Origin: a virus
Lineage: Duplodnaviria > Heunggongvirae > Uroviricota > Caudoviricetes
DNA: 30,764 nt
IMG/VR virus record: IMGVR_UViG_3300014893_000002
Span: 1-30,764 of that record
Direction: 5' to 3' (one strand)
In this document: positions 26,923-30,764 of the stretch, in pieces
Layout of the letters: each line of letters opens with the position of its first letter
How positions within the stretch are numbered: the stretch's first letter is position 1
Made by a program: the position numbers and the translations under genes
The notes under the pieces: model-generated
The model's database searches: none
What the model was told of the DNA's origin: nothing
The model's input: the letters and a program-made list of their open reading frames with translations, nothing else

Positions 26923-27837
26923 TTATGCCTCCAGCCCGTTAATCTGTGGCGTCGGCTCAGTCAGCCATGAAGGCGCTGCATTGCCTGTTGGCTCGTCCGG
27001 CAGGTCAAATGTGGAGCGCAGGCTACGCGCTGTGCTTTCCAGTTGACAGACCAGGCCTGCCATGAAGTCTCTGGGGGTATCAATCATGTTTTCAGCACAA
27101 TATGCGCACAGCGTCTCAAAAGCGCTGGACAGTCGGACGGCGATAGCAGATTCCGCCTCAACCGCTAATGCTGTTACTTCCGCCCGCAGCTTCTTAACCT
27201 CCTCATCAGGCTCAGGCGGCTGAATACGGGATTTCTTCTCCAGTCTGGTGGAGAGTGAATCTATTTTTTCATTTTTGTCGGCGAGTACGCGCTGTTGTGC
27301 TGCGTTGGTTTCGCGCGCTTCGCGCAGGGCCTGACGCAATTCACGTACTGACATGCGATCAACGTCGTCAAGCGTCAGGCCGGCAACTGTGCCGCCGTCG
27401 GCCAATTCATCAAGTTCTTCATTATCCAGAACCATCAGGTCGTACAGTTTGGCTTTCCCCAAAACGCTCAACGTTGAGCGTTTTGTTGGCTCATCACCTT
27501 CTCCCAAAAACTTCATACTGGCTTGCATCATGCGGCGAGCAACTTGTGGTGCAAGTCCGAGTTCATTTTCTAAAATGTTTGTAAAATCACCGTGTGGCTC
27601 ATTTTCTTTTAAGATGATCAGCCGCTTACCCGCTTCCAGCATAGATTCAGCACTCTGCGCCATATAAAAACGTGCTTCGTGAACAATGCGATCACGTTCA
27701 TAAGGCAGTCCATCACCAAACTGCTGCATAATTTCCATGCGATGCTGTGTCATAGCGTTCAAATTGACATTGATGTTATCTGACAGCGGAACCTCAACAT
27801 TCAGTTCAGTGTTAACGGGTGATTTGGTGCGTCCCAT
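26923..27837 (-). CDS. hypothetical protein (coiled-coil rich)
   Basis: 304 aa ORF with AAGGAG RBS lying between the Ner-like gene and the transposase; no confident family. Confidence 0.5.
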   Translation of the reverse strand: MGRTKSPVNTELNVEVPLSDNINVNLNAMTQHRMEIMQQFGDGLPYERDRIVHEARFYMAQSAESMLEAGKRLIILKENEPHGDFTNILENELGLAPQVARRMMQASMKFLGEGDEPTKRSTLSVLGKAKLYDLMVLDNEELDELADGGTVAGLTLDDVDRMSVRELRQALREARETNAAQQRVLADKNEKIDSLSTRLEKKSRIQPPEPDEEVKKLRAEVTALAVEAESAIAVRLSSAFETLCAYCAENMIDTPRDFMAGLVCQLESTARSLRSTFDLPDEPTGNAAPSWLTEPTPQINGLEA

Positions 27838-27847
27838 TGATTACTCC

Positions 27848-28156
27848 TTACAAACGACTACCTGAAATAACTCGTTGGTTGATTTCGTTAATACGATCCT
27901 GTGCACGCGCCATCTCGTGACTGTGAGCCATGGCGATCTGTAGTAACTGGATTCCCGGTGCGAAACGTCCGTTCTCTAATTTCATGGCCAGTCCCTCTTC
28001 AATAAGGGTATTAAGTGCTCGATTGATATTCGCCGGGGACTCCCCCAGGGCTGATGCCAGTTCACCGTTAGAAACACCGTTCAGAGCATGACCGCGTAGA
28101 GCTTTGAGTACACGTAGGATGCGGGTCCCAGAACTGGAAATATTTACTTTACTCAT
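27848..28156 (-). CDS. winged-helix DNA-binding protein (putative transcriptional regulator)
   Basis: About 102 aa from ATG 28156; ..GVSNGELASALGESPANINRALNTLIEEGLA.. is an HTH/winged-helix pattern. Confidence 0.45.
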   Translation of the reverse strand: MSKVNISSSGTRILRVLKALRGHALNGVSNGELASALGESPANINRALNTLIEEGLAMKLENGRFAPGIQLLQIAMAHSHEMARAQDRINEINQRVISGSRL

Positions 28157-28208
28157 GTCACATTTCCATTTTTGCAATATGTGATAACCTGTTGCATATG
28201 TGGAAAAT

Positions 28209-28397
28209 TTATGCCGCATTTGACGTGGGTTTTAATCCCAGTTTTACGGCAATTTCATGGGCTTTGCCGTAACGAGCTTTGGTCTGTCCATTGAGAACAC
28301 GATAGACCTCATTGCGGCTGTAGCCGTGTTCTTCGGCCCAGCGGGTAAACGTGATACCACGCTGACGGAAGAGATTTTTAACTTGTTCGGAAGTCAT
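28209..28397 (-). CDS. ner: Ner/Nlp-family DNA-binding protein (Mu Ner-like early regulator)
   Basis: 62 aa; ..LFRQRGITFTRWAEEHGYSRNEVYRVLNG..GKAHEIAVKLGLKP aligns with the Nlp/Ner pattern (..L..KG.S.A..SR..GLS.STLANAL.R..P.GE.IIA.ALG..P). AAGGAG RBS; first gene of the minus-strand early operon. Confidence 0.7.
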   Translation of the reverse strand: MTSEQVKNLFRQRGITFTRWAEEHGYSRNEVYRVLNGQTKARYGKAHEIAVKLGLKPTSNAA

Positions 28398-28448
28398 TGT
28401 TGTCTCCTTTGTTGATGCAATGATGTTTGTTTTATATGTGATAGATTA

Positions 28449-28466
28449 TGAGAACTATTGTTCTCA
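28449..28466. promoter_or_regulatory. candidate operator: perfect inverted repeat TGAGAAC-N4-GTTCTCA in the divergent promoter region
   Basis: Read directly from the sequence, between the divergent Ner-like and XRE-family genes. Confidence 0.5.
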
Positions 28467-28483
28467 TTGTCAATGAGGTTTGT

Positions 28484-28909
28484 GTGAATTTTGATTCTCT
28501 TTGCGCGTCGCGGTTCAAAGCTGAGCGTTCGCGGTTATCACTCAAGCAGGCTGAAGTAGCAGCCCTTTGTGGCGTTTCAAGAGAAATGTGGGGGAAATAT
28601 GAACGAGGGGTTGCTGTTCCCGGAGGTGAGTTACTTGCAGCCTTTGCAAGAATTGGGGCCAATGTACAGTTCATTCTTACCGGGGAGTCATCAGGTATAA
28701 CTTTATCACGTGATGAAATGGAGTTACTGCAGCACTACCGGCAGGCACCATTACAGGTCAAAGGTTCAGTTTTGTCGGCCTTGACTACTGGCTCCTCCAG
28801 AGAACGGGCGGAACAGGTTATTCATGGAGATGTTCTGGGGAATGTTATCAAAGGTAACGTAACCATAGGAACAGGTGGAATAATGAACAAAAATACCAAG
28901 AGAAGATGA
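28484..28909 (+). CDS. XRE-family HTH transcriptional regulator (candidate prophage repressor)
   Basis: HTH_XRE signature ..LSLKQAEVAALCGVSREMWGKYERGVAVPG..; divergent from the Ner-like gene, as for c versus ner in Mu. Start placed at GTG 28484 (GAGG RBS); the track ORF begins at ATG 28448. No LexA-like S24 peptidase domain seen. Confidence 0.7.
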   Translation: MNFDSLCASRFKAERSRLSLKQAEVAALCGVSREMWGKYERGVAVPGGELLAAFARIGANVQFILTGESSGITLSRDEMELLQHYRQAPLQVKGSVLSALTTGSSRERAEQVIHGDVLGNVIKGNVTIGTGGIMNKNTKRR

Positions 28910-29892
28910 GTAAAGAGAAGCAAACAGTTAACGGGGATGTGGGTAACGTTGTCAGCGGTGATGTTACCATTCATAACTATTCTGCTGACATACTTCCTTC
29001 GGCCCAGCAACCAATTTCGTTGCTGCAAAAACGCGATTTACACAGATTGATGGATGAATTGGTTGATCTGGGGGAAAGTAAGCGCGAGCTATGGATGACG
29101 ATCCACACGAAACTTAATACCAAAACAGTTAATGAAATGACTGCGGCTGATTATCATGGTGCGGTTGAGATCCTTCAGAGATATGCACAACAGATCCAGA
29201 ATATGAAGGACTGTAATCTTCTGGTCAGCAAAATAATGGCGCTTACTGACCCTGGGTATCGTCTTGACCGTGACAGATACTGTCTGAAGCATTTCGGTAC
29301 AACCCATCTTAAAGGCCTAGACAAAGAGCAGTTGCAGGCTGTGTTTGGTTATTTTGATGATCTGCTGAATATTCGTGATGAGAGTAAAACTCTATCACCT
29401 CCATCGGAAAGCGGTGCAAAATCAGTCGCAACTGTACCAACCAGAAGCCGGAAGCCTCATGTAGTAGTGTTGGGGGGAGTGTTAGTTCTTGTAGCAATAT
29501 TTTTCGTGGGAATGATTGTGTTCGCTGGTAAATGGGGAAATGCCAAAGCAGTAGCTTCTACTGAAACCAGCGTTTTTAACATTAAAACCAACGATAAAAT
29601 AATAGAAGATTCCATCCCCGCACTGCGCAGCATGTTTCCAGGGTTAAATAAGTACTCAGATGATTTCCATTCGGTTTCAAGCTACAAGCAAAAAACGGGC
29701 TGGCATACCCTTAAATTTACTGTATCAGCAAAGGCATCCGTCCCCGAAAATTATAGTGTTAAGGGCAAGGTTTGTTACATTAACATAAGCCCTGATGGTA
29801 GTTATGCTCGGGTTTTGACTGCTCCATGTCGTTCACTGCTACTTGATCAGCAAAGCACTCCTGACAGTAAATACCGTTTTATTCTTAAATAG
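28906..29892 (+). CDS. hypothetical single-pass membrane protein (repressor-linked cargo)
   Basis: 328 aa; ATG overlaps the XRE stop (ATGA); one central hydrophobic helix (..PHVVVLGGVLVLVAIFFVGMIVFAG..); AT-rich; no recognisable family. Confidence 0.6.
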   Translation: MSKEKQTVNGDVGNVVSGDVTIHNYSADILPSAQQPISLLQKRDLHRLMDELVDLGESKRELWMTIHTKLNTKTVNEMTAADYHGAVEILQRYAQQIQNMKDCNLLVSKIMALTDPGYRLDRDRYCLKHFGTTHLKGLDKEQLQAVFGYFDDLLNIRDESKTLSPPSESGAKSVATVPTRSRKPHVVVLGGVLVLVAIFFVGMIVFAGKWGNAKAVASTETSVFNIKTNDKIIEDSIPALRSMFPGLNKYSDDFHSVSSYKQKTGWHTLKFTVSAKASVPENYSVKGKVCYINISPDGSYARVLTAPCRSLLLDQQSTPDSKYRFILK

Positions 29893-29982
29893 AAAATAAC
29901 AGCTGAATTACCATGGGATCAGAAAAAAGACAAAGGCGGCATCATGCTGCGTTCTGAAATTTTAATGTAAAAGGTGATGAAC

Positions 29983-30564
29983 ATGGCAGGGATTCAGGTT
30001 ATCGCAGGAAGTTTTCCTAAAGGGTGGGCAAGCATGGGGTTCGGTACCATCGTGTTTGCCAAAAAACCAAAACAAGGCTTTCCTGAAAATATTGTATTAA
30101 ATCTGAAAGAAGAGCTTTTATCGATTGAACTTGCGGATAGTGAAGAGGAAAGCCGTATAGGTAAGGCGGCAGGCGCAGGTTTGCTTGGTGGATTAATCTT
30201 TGGTGGTGCAGGGTTGGTCATTGGAGGTTTGCTTGGTGCGGCGGACAAGACGAAAAAAACTATCACTTTTAAGGCAATGTTTACGGGAAATAGGTTACTT
30301 CTGGCTAAAACAGATTCAAAAACTTTTGTAAAACTTCAGTCAATTGCTGCTGATAATGCCCATAACGCATCTGTAATCAACATGAAGCAAACTAATAGGG
30401 GCGATGTTTCTTCTCGTAAACAACTAACAGAAAATCCACAGCAGCAAGACTTACCTGCGCCCGCTACAACAGTAAAAATGACTGCCAAAGATAAGTTAGA
30501 ATCGGCTCTTGGGCTGGGAATCATCGTTATAGCTGTTTGGGCAATAATACACTTCTTTTTTTAG
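29983..30564 (+). CDS. hypothetical glycine-zipper membrane protein (repressor-linked cargo)
   Basis: Start at ATG 29983 with AAGGTGA RBS; glycine-zipper segment ..AAGAGLLGGLIFGGAGLVIGGLLGAA.. and a C-terminal helix ..LGLGIIVIAVWAIIHFFF; followed by a terminator. Confidence 0.6.
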   Translation: MAGIQVIAGSFPKGWASMGFGTIVFAKKPKQGFPENIVLNLKEELLSIELADSEEESRIGKAAGAGLLGGLIFGGAGLVIGGLLGAADKTKKTITFKAMFTGNRLLLAKTDSKTFVKLQSIAADNAHNASVINMKQTNRGDVSSRKQLTENPQQQDLPAPATTVKMTAKDKLESALGLGIIVIAVWAIIHFFF

Positions 30565-30566
30565 TG

Positions 30567-30590
30567 CAGCCCTTCAGGGCTGTTTCTGTT
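30567..30590 (+). terminator. intrinsic terminator ending the plus-strand repressor-linked operon
   Basis: CAGCCC-TTCA-GGGCTG hairpin followed by a T-rich tract (TTTCTGTT), directly after the stop codon at 30562-30564. Confidence 0.6.
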
Positions 30591-30601
30591 CAGGAGGTAT
30601 C

Positions 30602-30764
30602 TTAAGGATTATCCGGGGCGTTTTCCTGTTTGCCGTACTTCGGAGACGAACAACATTCTGTTGGCTGACCGGTGAGTTTACGTAACTCCTTCATGAGCAG
30701 CTCCTGATCGTAAACTGTCATCAGTGCCGCAATGGTGGCATGCAGTGCATCGGGCAGTATCCAG
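30602..30764 (-). CDS. 3' end of an unidentified gene continuing beyond the window
   Basis: Open minus-strand frame from the window edge to a TAA stop at 30602-30604 (..DALHATIAALMTVYDQELLMKELRKLTGQ..); not in the ORF track because the start is outside the window. Confidence 0.35.
   Translation of the reverse strand, partial: WILPDALHATIAALMTVYDQELLMKELRKLTGQPTECCSSPKYGKQENAPDNP

Larger units (their letters stand above)
10585..30764 (-). mobile_element. Mu-type transposable phage-like element with head and packaging module, no tail genes (one end beyond window)
   Basis: Ner-like, DDE transposase, AAA+ B-like ATPase, Gam, GemA-like and Mor homologs plus a second head set. Proposed low-coordinate boundary at 10585, where a Mu-end-like motif abuts the truncated TerL. 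Boundary and element identity are inference. Confidence 0.45.

Noticed and set aside
28484-28909. Whether the XRE regulator is a LexA/CI-type autocleaving repressor
   Set aside because: No S24 peptidase Ser-Lys motifs are visible in the C-terminal region; it instead carries the GDV-GNV-type motif, so it is called only as an XRE-family HTH regulator.
1-30764. CRISPR arrays, tRNA/rRNA genes, tyrosine integrase and attachment-site direct repeats
   Set aside because: No regularly spaced repeat-spacer array and no recombinase of the tyrosine or serine type were seen. tRNA genes cannot be excluded by eye but no cloverleaf-like GC-rich 75-90 nt segment stood out in the intergenic regions.

Overview
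The window is almost entirely phage-derived, nearly all genes on the minus strand, and reads as a composite of two elements. (1) Coordinates 23-10584 carry the structural arm of an HK97/lambda-like siphovirus prophage: a 5'-truncated large-terminase remnant, portal, prohead protease, major capsid, head-tail connector and adaptor, gp10-like and DUF3168-like proteins, major tail protein with Ig-like domain, G/GT tail chaperones with an A-AAA-AAG -1 frameshift, tape measure and gpM. (2) Coordinates 10585 to the window end look like a Mu-type transposable element: Ner-like regulator, DDE transposase, AAA+ B-like ATPase, Gam, GemA/gp16-like, Mor, then a second complete HK97-type head and packaging set (capsid, protease, portal, adaptor, connector, HNH, TerS, TerL) in mirrored gene order and with no tail or lysis genes. 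The terminase remnant at 9821-10584 abuts a Mu-end-like TGTAT motif at 10585, suggesting the transposable element inserted into the resident prophage's terminase gene. AT-rich cargo sits at 17728-19150 and in a repressor-linked plus-strand operon (28484-30564) encoding two uncharacterised membrane proteins, a candidate exclusion or defence module. All calls rest on ORF structure, motif recognition and recalled family sequences; no database search was run.
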